This document shows positions 41,911 to 54,147 of a stretch of 64,000 nt of DNA, piece after piece; position 1 is the first letter of the stretch; the number at the start of each line of letters is the position of its first letter. This DNA is from Paraspadella gotoi. Taxonomy: Eukaryota > Animalia > Chaetognatha. The translations under genes and the position numbers were made by a program. Under the pieces are notes generated by a model. The model made no database searches and was not told where the DNA came from. It saw nothing but the letters and a program-made list of their open reading frames with translations. The stretch is taken from NCBI GenBank assembly GCA_051294375.1, contig CM119266.1, positions 10,441,677 to 10,505,676 of the forward strand, given 5' to 3'.

Positions 41911-42072
41911 AACCTATCTCTCTCTCCGACCCTCCGTCCAGGCGTGCTCAAGTTGATCGTAATGAGCAGTGCACCGTCCACAGCGTTTTGGGGCGATTAT
42001 GTCGCTTACGTAGGCGTCATCGTCGTCGCAGTCATTTTTGGCTGTTTCGCTTGTAAAATTTTTTGTTGTTAA
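37499..42072 (+). CDS. FAM187A-like type I membrane protein (signal peptide, Ig, TSP1-like, Ig, TM), ~490 aa. Six exons: 37499-37878, 40160-40322, 40550-40684, 40913-41422, 41663-41816, 41942-42072
   Basis: All intron phases join in frame. Motifs: hydrophobic leader FVIIVVVVVAGVGG; EGEEINLDCDVC..HYTVTWFF..GRLTIQRLTIEDSGVYAC (Ig1); ANFLVDVV; TTHWSEWSDCSHCG..RRRFGDC..GVPCRS..EPCRVPC (FAM187 linker); GTNIVMICP..WFKDG..RIVID..IHVRSARKEDEGQYHC (Ig2); TM YVGVIVVAVIFGCF; Cys-rich tail KIFCC*. Domain order matches vertebrate FAM187A as I recall it. The start codon and exon-2 donor are less certain. Confidence 0.85.
40685..40912 (+). other. Predicted GC-AG intron filled with a purine-rich (GAAG)n repeat
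   Basis: GAG|GCGAGC donor is the best phase-0 site joining LNLE to LTTHW; acceptor acacacAG at 40911-40912. Confidence 0.7.
41442..41477 (+). repeat. (ATTAG)n intronic microsatellite
   Basis: About 7 tandem units seen directly. Confidence 0.95.
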
Positions 42073-43029
42073 AAGTTAAATTATTGTTATTATAGTTCAT
42101 TCTCAAAACTGTATTTGCTATTTGGGTCGAAGTGAAAAAGTACTATTTTCCGTTTGGCTTTTGTTGACGGCAAAAATTCCTATTAGTAATCAAGAGAGAG
42201 CGGGTTATCATTAAGATATTGGAAACAAAAGGCTAAAAGTTATGTTCTTAATGATACGTATTGATGATATGTGCTTAATAATGATGTTTATAATAACACG
42301 CACAATTACGTGCGTCAAGCATATCATATTTTCATTTTTTGTTCTTTTTTACTTAGTACTTTCGGTTTTATACTTACGTATTATTAATTTTCGACAATTT
42401 CATAATGTTGTTGTCCTTTCTTCCTCTTTCCCCAAAAATAAATATCCTTTTAAAATACTATATTTCACAAAAGAAAAGTTGTCATTGTTAAGCTTTCTAG
42501 TAACGTTTGTGTTTTAAATCTGTTTTAAAATTGTATATTTTGCTTGTTGAAAACATTGTTTATCGTCACCAAATAATGAATTTACTGTATCTTCAACTTC
42601 AACTGTATTTAGGATAAAATATAACATCACACTAGACAACGATAAAAACCAACAAAAAATATTTGTGACAAAATTGTTTAAAAACGGACTGAGGAAGAAA
42701 GATAAGATTAGAAAAAAAGGAAAAAAAAGAAAGAAAAGAATCCACCAACCGACAAAGCGACTGATAAGATTTGAAAAATAACCTCAACGCATTTAAAAAT
42801 TCGCTCGAAGCTTGGAAGAGAGAAGATTTTTATGGATTTGTGAAAAGAAATGTGATAAAAATTGTTAAAATCAGTGCGATGGGGAGAGAAGGAACCTTTG
42901 ATTTATTTTCATTCTTGACGGGAATGTGAGCTAAAAAAAAATATTTAACGGCGTCCTTTCAATCTTCCCCTTAAGTTCTTGAGTCTTTTGAGAGAATCTT
43001 GGCTCTCTTTCTCTTTTTCTTCTCTCTCT

Positions 43030-43101
<72 letters not shown>

Positions 43102-43174
43102 TCTCTCTCTCTCTCTTTCTTTCTTTCACTTTGTTTGCCTCCCTCTTCGTTAGTGGGTCGACGTCGGCAACCAA

Positions 43175-43211
<37 letters not shown>

Positions 43212-43623
43212 AGAGAGGAGGAGAGAGAGAAGAAGAGAGAGAGAGAGAGAGATGAGAGTGGAGGAAGCACCGCTCGTAATTTATTCTACATTTTTAAGAA
43301 TCGGCCTTGAATTGGCAACTGGTAAAGACGTTCGCCTTCGAGTGTTTACCTTTTTCCGCAAAAAAAAAAAAAAAATTGTTTTCGAACAAAAACTCAAAGT
43401 TTCTCATTTTTAAAAAATTTTCTCAGTTTGAAAGAAAAAACAATTTCGAAGTCTTTTTTTTTTCCACAGTTCTTATCGTTCGTTTATCCTTATTGACGAA
43501 ACGAAACGAAACGAAGGCCAAAAAGTTTTTTTTTTATCTAAAAAAAATGGTTTTGCTTTTCTTAATTTTTTTAACGATAACTATTTGACTAGCTTTACTT
43601 AATATTTTTCTGCCGCGAAAAAA

Positions 43624-44808
43624 ATGCCGAAGCCGTGGCGCCGCGAGAATTTTCCTCGCCGCGCAATATCCCCGCGCCGTGGCAATTCGCAACGCCGCGC
43701 AATTTTCACTTTACCGCGTCGTCCTCATTCGCCACGCCGTGAAAATTCGCCGCCCGGCGCCGCCATTACACCGCCCGGCGCCACCGCGAGAACGATCGCG
43801 GGCGAGGATTCCGCCGTCGTGACTTTCCACTCGATCTCCGTCGAGGGCGCCACCGCGTGGTTGGCCTACGGACGGCGCAGCTCTCGCCAGGCGATCTACG
43901 CAATCGTCGCCGGATCCACGGAGGGGCTGCTAGAGGAGGCGTTTCGGCCCTGGATACGACTGGGCTGCGACATCGTGGCCTTGGCGCCGCCCACTCGCGT
44001 GGTGACGGGACTGTGGAGTTGGCGAACGCGGCGACGTCTCTCCTGCGTCTCCGTCGTCGATCGAGCGGAATGGAAATGCGGCGAGACGATCGATCCAGAG
44101 GCGGATGAACTCGTGGCTTATTTGCGGCGTCAATCCTTCGAGAGTCTGGGTGACGCGGAGATGGCGTTGGAGGAATGTTTGGAAGAAAACTTGGCTGGGA
44201 TCGAAAGTCAAACGTCTTATGATTCCGGATCGAGGCCAGTTTCGCAAGATGCTCGTCCAGTGTCTCCAACCTCGTCAACTCGGAACGTAACTATGTTAAA
44301 TACCGACAAAAGACCACTATCGTCAGCAATTGACTCACAGGCCTTTAACGGACCCGCGAAGGAGACAATCTCACGCTCGGATCGGCGAAGTCACAGAAAC
44401 AAAATAAATAATCGTAACGGGGCGCCCGACATGGCACGTGGAGGCCGCTGGACCGAACGGCACGGGCAGGCCCAGCCCTTTCAGCCGGGCCGCTCTCGAG
44501 GGGCTAGAGAAGATCGATACAAGGATATTTTCCCGTCGCCCTCGACATCTTCCGGAACGGAGACACCTGAAGCTTCGCGTCTCGATAATTCGCGTCCGTC
44601 GCCGTCGAGATCGAAGGAGTCGGCGGTCGATGCGTCCACGGCAAGAAACGCTCGGACAAACATACTCTTTAATGAGAGGATGCAGCCGCCGCCGCCGCAG
44701 CCGTACCAGCCGCATGTCTCGCCGATGTGCAATTCCTCGCTCTCGCGATCCAACTTACCGAGACTTTTTAAACTTTCCCACGAGGGCGTCAACTTATGGA
44801 AGGAATGA
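43624..44808 (+). CDS. 394-aa ORF (probably the first exon of a longer gene) with a degenerate ISXO2/Merlin transposase-like segment and a Ser/Pro-rich tail
   Basis: Long GC-rich ORF. WLAYGRRSSRQAIYAIVAGSTEGLLEEAFRPWIRLGCDIV resembles the Merlin/IS1595 pattern WVFGxxERxSxxxFxxxVxxRxxxTLxxxIxxWIxPGSxIxSD. Candidate donor GTCAGT at ~44827 and acceptor tttatAG at ~45178. Confidence 0.5.
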   Translation: MPKPWRRENFPRRAISPRRGNSQRRAIFTLPRRPHSPRRENSPPGAAITPPGATARTIAGEDSAVVTFHSISVEGATAWLAYGRRSSRQAIYAIVAGSTEGLLEEAFRPWIRLGCDIVALAPPTRVVTGLWSWRTRRRLSCVSVVDRAEWKCGETIDPEADELVAYLRRQSFESLGDAEMALEECLEENLAGIESQTSYDSGSRPVSQDARPVSPTSSTRNVTMLNTDKRPLSSAIDSQAFNGPAKETISRSDRRSHRNKINNRNGAPDMARGGRWTERHGQAQPFQPGRSRGAREDRYKDIFPSPSTSSGTETPEASRLDNSRPSPSRSKESAVDASTARNARTNILFNERMQPPPPQPYQPHVSPMCNSSLSRSNLPRLFKLSHEGVNLWKE

Positions 44809-44901
44809 GGCTCGCTTATTCAATGGGTCAGTAATTTTGAAATATCATAGCGAAAAGTTTTATGGAAAGAATTAATAAAGAAAAAAAGAAAAAAAAGAAA
44901 A

Positions 44902-44982
<81 letters not shown>

Positions 44983-45178
44983 GTAAACAACATCTCACTG
45001 ACAATATCTCCTGTTTCGCTTTTTCTCTATATTTAAAAACATTTTTTAAAAAATTGAGAAAATTTGGCACTCGTCGTCATAACAGTATCCATTTTGATCA
45101 GATTCTAAATAACATTCTGAGTTTTACTTACATAGGGATTCTTTATGCAAATAAGCAACATTTCTCTTTTATTTATAG

Positions 45179-46399
45179 ACCACGGAACATGCATTGGCGT
45201 ATGGCTCCGACAAGACCTACCAGAATGGCGATGTCGAATCACTTCTGGGCGAAGAGAGGAGATGGAAGAAGGGAAAGTACGAGAGAGGAAGTGAACGGCG
45301 AGAGGGAACGAGAGAAGAAAGGAGAAATGGAGGAGCAGAACTCTCTGGATTTTCAAAATGTCCGCAAGGAGAAAGAATGGCGTGAAAGTGGCAACGCTCA
45401 ATATGAATTGAAAGATAATTATCCCGGGAAAGAGTGGCAAGGACACGAGTGGAAGAATGACTGCTCTTCGAAAGAGAAAGAGAAAGAAAGAGAGGAGAGA
45501 GAGGAAGAGGAGGGCGATGGAAAGAAAGAGGGGATGGAGAGAGAGGAAGAGAAAGAGGATCAGCTCCAGCAATCCTTGAAAAGGAGCGAAGAAGCTCGAA
45601 AAGCTCATTGGAATTTGATGGAGCGAAAGTTGCGAAGCGGACAATTGGGTCCGCAAGAGAGAAGAGACTGGATCGAATACAAACGAATGGAATGGATCGA
45701 GAATAACAAGTAAGATGAAGAAGGAGAGGAAAGGAGACCGCCTTCGATTCGTCGCCGCTGACGGAAGAAGAAACGAGAGGACTCTACGACTTTCGATCGA
45801 AGAGAATTCCTCGAGTTTTGTCGTCAACGACATAAAGGAGGAATTCGGTGGAAGAGAATCGAGCGATCGATGGAGGAGGTGTCGGTGGGGAGGGGGGGGA
45901 AGGGGGAGGAAGGAGGAGTAGAGAAGGCGGGGAGAGGGGAGATAGAACTGGAAGGAGAAGCAAGGCGGGGAGCGGAACGATGAGAACGTGGTTGAAAACC
46001 CAGAGAAGTGGGAGAGAACGGAGAGGAGACGGGTGGAGAATGCCGAGAGAAGGGGTAGAAAGACGTCGGAGAGGAGAACGGGGGTGGAGAACGGAGAGAA
46101 GTGTTGAGAAGATAACGGAATGAGGAGACGGGGTGGAGAATGAGAGAGTGTGAAGAGAAGGAGAGGCAGAACGGGTGGAAGAAACTGAGAGAAGTGGGAG
46201 GAAGAACGGAGAGGAGAAGCGGGTGGAAAAACCCAGAGAATGGGATAAAGAACGGAGAAACGGGGTGGAGAATGGAGAGAAGTGTGAGAAGAACGGAGAG
46301 GAGAACGGGGTGGAGAACGGAGAGCAGTTGGTGGAGAACGGAGACTTAAATGACTCTTTCCCGGAGGCGGAGATCGTGAGAGAAGTCACAGCTGGATAA
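45179..46399 (+). CDS. Probable frameshifted downstream exon encoding a Glu/Arg-rich region and 15-aa repeats
   Basis: Protein-like fragments (QLQQSLKRSEEARKAHWNLMERKLRSG; DLNDSFPEAEIVREVTAG*) lie in shifting frames; the two copies carry different indels. Confidence 0.4.
46000..46342 (+). repeat. ~45-bp minisatellite, about 7 copies (GAGAAGTGTGAGAAGAACGGAGAGGAGAACGGGGTGGAGAATGGA); second copy ~50595-50955
   Basis: The core GGAGAACGGGGTGGAGAA recurs about every 45 nt; translates as EKCEKNGEENGVENG. Confidence 0.85.
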
Positions 46400-46469
46400 G
46401 GTTAAGCAAAAGCGGTAACTCTCTCTCTCTCNNNNNNNNNNNNNNNNNNNNNNNNNATCCGAGTGATCG

Positions 46470-47559
46470 CGCGTAATGAGCAGTGCACCGTCCACAGCGT
46501 TTTGGGGCGATTATGACGCTAGTAGGCGTCATCGTCGTCGCAGTCATTTTTGGCTGTTCGCTTGTAAATTTTTTGTTGTTAAAAGTTAAATTATTGTATT
46601 ATAGTTCATTCTCAAAACTGTTATTTGCTATTTGGTGTCGAAGTGAAAAAAGTACCTATTTTTCGTTTGGCTTTTTTGGACGGCAAAAATTCCTATTAGT
46701 AATCAAGAGGAGAGAGCGGGTTTATCATTAAGTATATTGGGAAACAAAAGCTAAAAAGTTATTTCTTAATGATACGTCATTGATGATATGTGCTTAAATT
46801 AATGATGGGTTGTTATTAATAACACCACAATACGGCGTGTCAAGCATATCATATCTTTTCATTTTTGTTCTTTTTATTAGAGTTATTTCGGTTATTATAC
46901 TTACGTCATTATTAATTTCGACAATTTCATAATGTTGTGTGTCCTTTTCTTCCTCTTTCCCCAAAAAATAAAATTCCTTTTAAAATACTATATTTCACAA
47001 AGAAAGTTGTCATTGTTAAGTTTCTAGTAAGTTTGTGTTTTAAATCTGTTTTTAAAATTGTATATTTTGCTTGTTGAAAACATTGTTATCGTCACAAATT
47101 AATGAAATTTACTGTATCTTCAACTTCAACGTATAGGATAAAAATATAACATCACATAGACAAAGATAAAAACCAACAAAAAATATTTGTGACAAAATTG
47201 TTTTAAAAAACGGCTGAGGAAGAAAGATAAGATTAGAAAAAAAAAAAAAGGAAGAAAAGAATGCCACAACGACCCAAAGCGACTGATAAGATTGAAAAAA
47301 TAACCTCAACGCATTTTAAAAATTCGCTCGAAGCTGGAAGAGAAGAAGATTTTAGGATTTGTGAAAAGAAATGTGATAAAATTGTTTAAAATCAGTGCGA
47401 ATGGGGATGAGAAGGAACCTGTGATTTAATTTTCATTCTTGACGGGAATGTGAGCTAAAAAAAAATATTTAAACGGCGTCCTTTCAATCTTCTCCTTAAG
47501 TTCTTGAGTCTTTGAGAGAATTCTTGGCTCTCTTCTCTTTTTCTTCTCTCTCTCCTTCT

Positions 47560-47631
<72 letters not shown>

Positions 47632-50600
47632 CTCTCTCTCTCTCTTTCTTTCTTTCACTTTGTTTGCCTCCCTCTTCGTTAGGTGGGTCGACGTCGGCAA
47701 CCAAGGAAAGAGAGAGAGAGAGAGACGAGAGAGAGAGAGGGGAGAGAGGAGGAGAGAGAGACCAGAAGAGGAGAGTAGAGAGAGAGATGAGAGTGGAGTG
47801 GAAGCACCGCTTCGTAATTTATTCTACATTTTTAAGAATCGGCCTTGAATTTCGGCAACTGGTAAAGACGTTTCGCCTTCGAGTGTTTACCTTTTTCCCG
47901 CAAAAAAAAAAAATTGTTTTCGAACAAAACTCAAAGTTTCTCATTTTTAAAAAATTGTTTCTCAGTTTTGAAAAAAAACAATTTCGAAGTCTTTTTTTTT
48001 TTCACAGTTCTTCTCGTTCGTTTTCCTTTATTGACGAAACGAAACGAAACGGAAGGCCAAAAAGTTTTTATTTTTTGGATCTCACAAAAATGGTTTTTGC
48101 TTTTTTCTTAATTTTTTTTAACGTTAACTATTTGACTAGCTTTCTTAATATTTTTGTCTGCCGCCGAAAAAAAATGCCGATAAGCCGTGGCCGCCGCGAG
48201 AATTTCCCTCGCCGCGCATTCCCCGCGCCGTGGGCATAATTCGCATACGCCGCTCAATTTTCACTTACCGCGTCGTCCTCATCTCACGCCGTAAATTCGC
48301 CGCCCGGCGCCACCGCGAGAACGATGCGCGGGCGAGGATTCCGCCGTCGTGACTTTCCACTCGATCCTCCGTCGCCGGGCGCCACCGCTGTGGTTGGCCT
48401 ACGGGACGGCTCAGGCTCTCGCCAGGCGCATCTACGCAATCGTCGCGGTATCCACGGGCGGGGCTGCTAGAGGAGGCGTTTCGGCCCTGCGATACGACTG
48501 GGCGCGATATCGGCGCCTTGGCGGCCGCCCCACTCGCGTGGTGCACGGGACTGTGGAGTTGTGCGAAACGCGGGCGACGTTCTCTCCCTGCGTCTCCGCG
48601 TCGCATCGAGCGGAAATGGAAACTGCGGCGAGACGATCGATCCAGAGGCGGATGAACTCGTGGCTTATTTGCCGGGCTCAATCCTTCGAGAGTTCTGGGT
48701 GGTGTGACGGGAGATGGCGTTGGCAGGAATGTTTGGAAGAAAACTTGGCTGGGATCGAAAGTTCAAACGTTCTTATGATTCCGGATCGAGGCCAGTTTCG
48801 CAAGATGCTCGTCCAGTGTCTCCAACCTCGTCAACTTCGCGAACGTAACATGTTAAATACCGACAAAAAGACCACTATCGTCAGCAATTTTGACTCACAG
48901 GCCTTTAACGGACCCGCGAAGGTAGACAATCTCACGCTCGGATCGGCGAAAGTCACAAGAAACAAATAAATAATCGTAACGGGGGCGCGCCCGACATGGC
49001 ACGTGGAGGCCGCTGGACCGAACGGCACGGCAGGCCCAGCCCTTTCAGCCGCCGCCCGGCTTTTTTTTTTCTCGAGGGGCTAGAGAAGATCGATACAAGG
49101 ATATTTTCCGTCGCCCTCGACATCTTCCGGAACGGAGACCACCTGAGCTTCGCGTCTCGATTAATTTCGCGTCCGTCGCCGTCGCGAGATCGAAGGGAGT
49201 CGGCGGGTCGATGCGCTTCCACGGCAGAAGAAACGTCGGGACAAACATACTCTTTAATTGAGAGGATTTGCAGCCGCCGCCGCCCAGGCGACAGCCGCAT
49301 GTCTCGCCGATGATGCAATTCTTCGCTCCCTCGCGATCCAACTTTACCCGAGCACTTTTTTTTTAACTTTCCCACGAGGGCGTCAACTTATGGAAGGAAT
49401 GAGGCTCGCTTATTCCAATGGGTCAGTAATTTTGAAATATCATAGCCGAAAAGTTTATGGAAAGAATTAATAAGAAAAAAAGAAAAAAAAGAAAAAAAAA
49501 AGAAAGACAAGAAAGATAAGAAATAAAGAAAGAAAGAAAGATGTAAACAACTCTCACTGACAATATCTCCTGTTTCGCTTTTTCTCTATATTTAAAAACA
49601 TTTTTTAAAAAATTGAGAAAAATTTGCACTCGTCGTCATAACAGTATTCCATTTTGATTCAGCATTCTAAAAGAACATTCCGATGCTTTTTACTTACATA
49701 GCGGATTCTTTTATTGCAAAATAAGCAACATTTTTCTTCTTTTTATTTATAGACCACGGAACATGCATATGGCGTATGGCTCCGGACAGACCTACCAGAA
49801 TGGCGATGGTCGAATCAACTTCTGGGCGAAGAGAGGAGATGGAAGAAGGGAAAGTTACGAGAGAGGAAGTTGAACGGCTTGAGAGGGAACGCAGGAAGAA
49901 GAAAAGGAGAAATGGAGGAGCAGAACTCTCTGGATTTTCAAAATGTCCGCAAGGAGAAGAATGGCGTGGAAAGTGGCAACGCTCAATATGAATTGAAAGA
50001 TATATTATCCCGGAAAGAGTTGGCAAGGACACGAGTGGAAGAATTGACTGCTCTTGCGAAAGAAGAAAGAGAAAGAAAGAGAGGAGAGAGAGAGGAAGAG
50101 GTGCGATGGAAAGAAGAGGGGATGGAGAGAGAGGAATAGAGAAAGAGGATCAGCTCCAGCAATCCTTGAAAAGGAGCGAAGAAGAAGCTCGAAAAGCTCA
50201 TTGGAATTTGATGGAGCGAAAGTTGCGAAGCGGACAATTGGGTCGCAAAGAGAGAAGGAGACTGGATCGAATACAAACGAATGGATCGAGAATACAAGAA
50301 GATGAAGAAGGAGAGGAAAGGAGACCGCCTTCGATTCGTCCGCCGCTGACGGAAGAAGAACGAGAGGAACTCTACGACTTCGATCGAAGAGAATTCCTCG
50401 CAGTTTTGTCGTCACGACATAAGGGAGGAATTCGGTGGAGGAGAGAATCGAGCGATCGATGGAGGAGGTGTCGGTGGGGAGGGGAGGGAGGGAGGAGGAA
50501 GGAGGAGAGGAGAAGGCGGGGAGAGGGGAGATAGAACTGGAAGAGAAGCGAAGGCGGGGAGCGGAACGATGAGAACGTGGTTAGAGAAAACCCATAGAAG

Positions 50601-51038
50601 TGGGAGAAGAAAACGGAGAGGAGAACGGGGTGGAGATATGCGAGAGAAAGGGGAGAAGAACTGGAGAGGAGAACGGGTGGGAAGAGAGAAGTGTAGAGAA
50701 GAACGGAGAGGAGAACCGGGGTTGAGAATGGAGAGAAGTGTGAAAAGAAGAACGGCAAGAGGAGAACGGGGTGGAGAATGGAGAAAAGAAGTGGTGAGAA
50801 GGAAACGGAGAGGAAGAACGGGGTGGAAAACCACAGAGAAGTGGGAAAAGAACGGAGAGGAGAACGAGGGTGGAGAATGGAAGAAGAGTGATGAGAGAAC
50901 GGAGAGGAGAAAGGGGGTGGAGAACGGAGAGCCAGTTGGTGGAGGAACGGAGACTTAAATGACTCTTTCCAGCGAGGCGGAGATCGTGAGAGAAGTCACA
51001 GCTGGATAAGGTTAAGGCTCAAAAGCGGTAACTCTCTC

Positions 51039-51040
<2 letters not shown>
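46470..51040 (+). repeat. Copy B (indel-rich) of the ~4.5 kb tandem duplication
   Basis: Collinear with 41950-46431; ORFs broken by 1-nt insertions. Confidence 0.95.
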
Positions 51041-51075
<35 letters not shown>

Positions 51076-51142
51076 CTCTGCACAAATCCCAGATCGAACC
51101 TCTTTTCGTTCACAAAACAGCCGCGCGCTCTCTCTCTCTCTT

Positions 51143-51205
<63 letters not shown>

Positions 51206-51207
51206 AC

Positions 51208-51238
<31 letters not shown>

Positions 51239-52417
51239 TCACCACACACACTTCGCACAAATCCGATCCAATTTCTTGTCGTCAACACATCCGCGCTCGT
51301 TTTTATTGAATTAAATTAGAATTATTTTAAAACTGTGAACTCCTCTGCTGACCGTCGCGAGTTTCATAAGTTTTTTCTAATTAAAACTAAAAGTTCGCAT
51401 TATTATGAAATTTGTACAACTGACTTTATTAATTAATAATTAGTGGGGTTTTTTTTTTAACACGAAGGTGAACGAGAAAAAAAATCGTTATTTTCATTCG
51501 TTTTAAAAAGAATTTTCATCCTTTGTTTTAGAAGCGTTATTTTTACCTCACGCGACTATTTTTCTTTCTCGGGTCATTTTTCACGTTCTTCTTGTTTCTG
51601 TAGATAATTTTTTTTTTTTGAAGCGAGATAACGAGAACTTTTTTTGTTATTCCAAAATTCTTTTCCAGAGTCCTGACAGAATTTATAAACAACTAAAAAT
51701 AACATTCTCGAAAAATCAAAGAAAACTCTGCTCCAAAAACTTAACTTTTCGAAAATCAAAGAAAGTTTGCAAGAGTATCGACTTTATGCGAACGGGACAT
51801 TCAAACTGATATCGTCCGTCCTATTGCGTCCGGTCGTTCCCATTTATCACAGAAACGAAAGCCATTCCGGGGTAAGTTATTTCACGTTTTCTTTTTACAC
51901 TTTTTCCAATCGTCTAATTGCTCGCCAATTACCATCAGTGCTTTAACTTACCTAAAAATATTGCTTGTTTTCTCGTGACACGATTCAATCCCTTTGTGCG
52001 GGTTATAGTTACAGCGGACGTCCGCATGGTCATTCTCCGCGTTAATTCAATTGGGTCAACACCGACGCTTTCTTTATCAAACTAACCTTTTAATATGACC
52101 CAAAGGTGTGTACTATGTATGAACCAGGTTCAATTTATTCTATTAAAGATAAAAATATTTCGCAGAGTACATACTAATTAATACGTAGGAAATCTATCAG
52201 TAAAATTTAATGAAGATTACAAATATTCGAGATTTAAAAATGAAAGAAAGAAAAATAAAAGAAATACACAAAGAAAGAATGTATGTAAAATTTTCAGTGA
52301 AATGTAAAGTTTGTACGTAGAGGATATTAATCACTATTTTTCCTTTGTCTCTGTCTCTCAATATAATCTCTTTCTTTTTTTTTTTTTAGTAACTACATCC
52401 TCGAACTTTTCCCCTCA

Positions 52418-53039
52418 ATGGAAGAGATGGCGTTTCTCTACGAAGAAGAGTCGACGGCTACTGCTCTCCGAAATGACGGTGAGTAGAATTTATAATTTAG
52501 TTGTAAAATGTAAAGAAGTTTTAATCAATAATGATTCATGTTTGCCTGTAAATCTCATTGTTCGTCTTTTCCTATTTATTTCAGCCGCTGATTCCAGACG
52601 TCACTGCCGCAGCCGCAGCCGCAGCCAAAGTCACAGCTTCAGCCCAAACCCTGTTGACTCCAACAGTGATACTGGCGATAACCGTCACTGTCTTCAAAGC
52701 GAACGCGCGATTGTCATTTGTCGACGCACTTTTCACAGGCGATGCTCAACAACTTCCTCCGGTGAGTCCAGTTTCGCTTCAAGCGGATCGTCGACTGATG
52801 CTTTCTTCACGGATTCCGAAGAAGGGCTCGACGTGGAAGACGGATGCAGCGGGGATTTTGAGAAACACAATTGGGATGATGAGTGGAAGGACTCTTATTG
52901 GGATGATGATGATAAATATTATCACGATGTTTATGATGATGATGATGATGATGACGACGAAGTTTGTGACGACGACGATGACGGCGATGACTTTTTAGAC
53001 GATTACGACTACTTTGACGACTATGGCGATGATGATTAA
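52418..53039 (+). CDS. Two-exon gene (52418-52478, 52585-53039) for a ~171-aa Ser-rich protein with an Asp/Tyr-rich tail
   Basis: ATG at 52418, donor G|GTGAGT at 52479, acceptor tatttatttcAG at 52583-52584. The phase-1 junction joins MEEMAFLYEEESTATALRND to AADSRRHC...WDDDDKYYHDVYDDDD...*. Confidence 0.55.
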
Positions 53040-53785
53040 GAAAAATAAATTATAAAGTTAAAAATTTGAACCATTTTGACAAACTCCAAGCTTACAACAC
53101 TAAACTTTATTAAGAAAGCACATAGTTGTTATTTAAAAAAATATTATTCTAAATTATAATGATATTTTTCTTCGTAGACTTTTTCATTAAGAAAAATAAA
53201 ATGAAATTTTAAAGCATTAGATTGACAAGCAAAATCGACTTGAACCTGTTTAAAATAGTAATTAAAATTGAACCTCAAGGTTGCTTAAGGGGACAAGTAG
53301 GTAAGTGTATAGAAAAAATGTTTATAAAATTACAAAATGTTAAAGTATAAATCGGCCACAAGATCAGATAAAATATTTTTTGTCAGATGATTAAAAACAA
53401 AACTAAACAAATGTTCCCTCGAGACCTATATTGTTTTTTTGTATGGATATAATCGCATTCACTTTGGCTATTCTGGATTTGCCTTTGATTGCTTTCCAGC
53501 TTGACTGCATATTTCCTTTTAAATTTTTCAATTAGTTATTTTATCTTATATTTTAATATTTTATATTTTAATATTACTTGTAATATTAAAATATAAAATA
53601 TAAAATAAATAAATATATATTACTGATATATTTTACGAGTATAAAACAAAGCCTTACCTAAATCTTAATTTATGAAGTTTTATCTTTCATTATTTTTCTC
53701 ACATCTACAAAATTGGATATAGAAATTTAAAGAAATAAATTATTCGTCCTTTTCCTTGTATTTCCGTGGGATGCTTGCTGTCTCC

Positions 53786-53873
53786 TTTTCTGGTTTCTGT
53801 AGTTAACCGAGTTTCCCGGGTATGGTATCAAAACATCGCCTGATACAGACGAGTCCAGATATGTATCTGTGCT
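53786..53873 (+). repeat. ~90-bp dispersed direct repeat; second copy at ~63255-63343
   Basis: AGTTTCCCGGGTATG..CAAAACATCGCCTGATA.AGACGAGTCC.GATATGTATC shared by both sites. Confidence 0.85.
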
Positions 53874-54147
53874 TTCCTTCCCGGGCTCCCCTGCTCTAAA
53901 TGTAACTTAAAAAAATAACTTAATGCTGCCATCATTTTTTTCTTTTTTTTTCATTTATTCACGACATATGCATTTCTTTATCTAGTTATTTGTAATTAGC
54001 AGTAGAATTAATAAAATTGACAAATCTAACAAAATAATTTAAAAAGTTTCTGGTAAAGCCCCCGATAGGTAAGGTCGCCGATTTTCTTCCCAACACTACA
54101 TACATTATATATTTTACATCTAAAAAAAGCTTTACTATAATCTTAAT

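Larger units (their letters stand above)
41950..46431 (+). repeat. Copy A of an ~4.5 kb tandem duplication
   Basis: CGTAATGAGCAGTGCACCGTCCACAGCG at ~41958 vs ~46472; AAAAGCGGTAACTCTCTC at ~46408 vs ~51021. Copies are separated by a 25-N gap (46432-46456). Confidence 0.95.

Noticed and set aside
53835-53865. CTGAT..GACGAGTCC resembling a hammerhead ribozyme core
   Set aside because: No intact CUGANGA/GAAA core or pairing stems were found.
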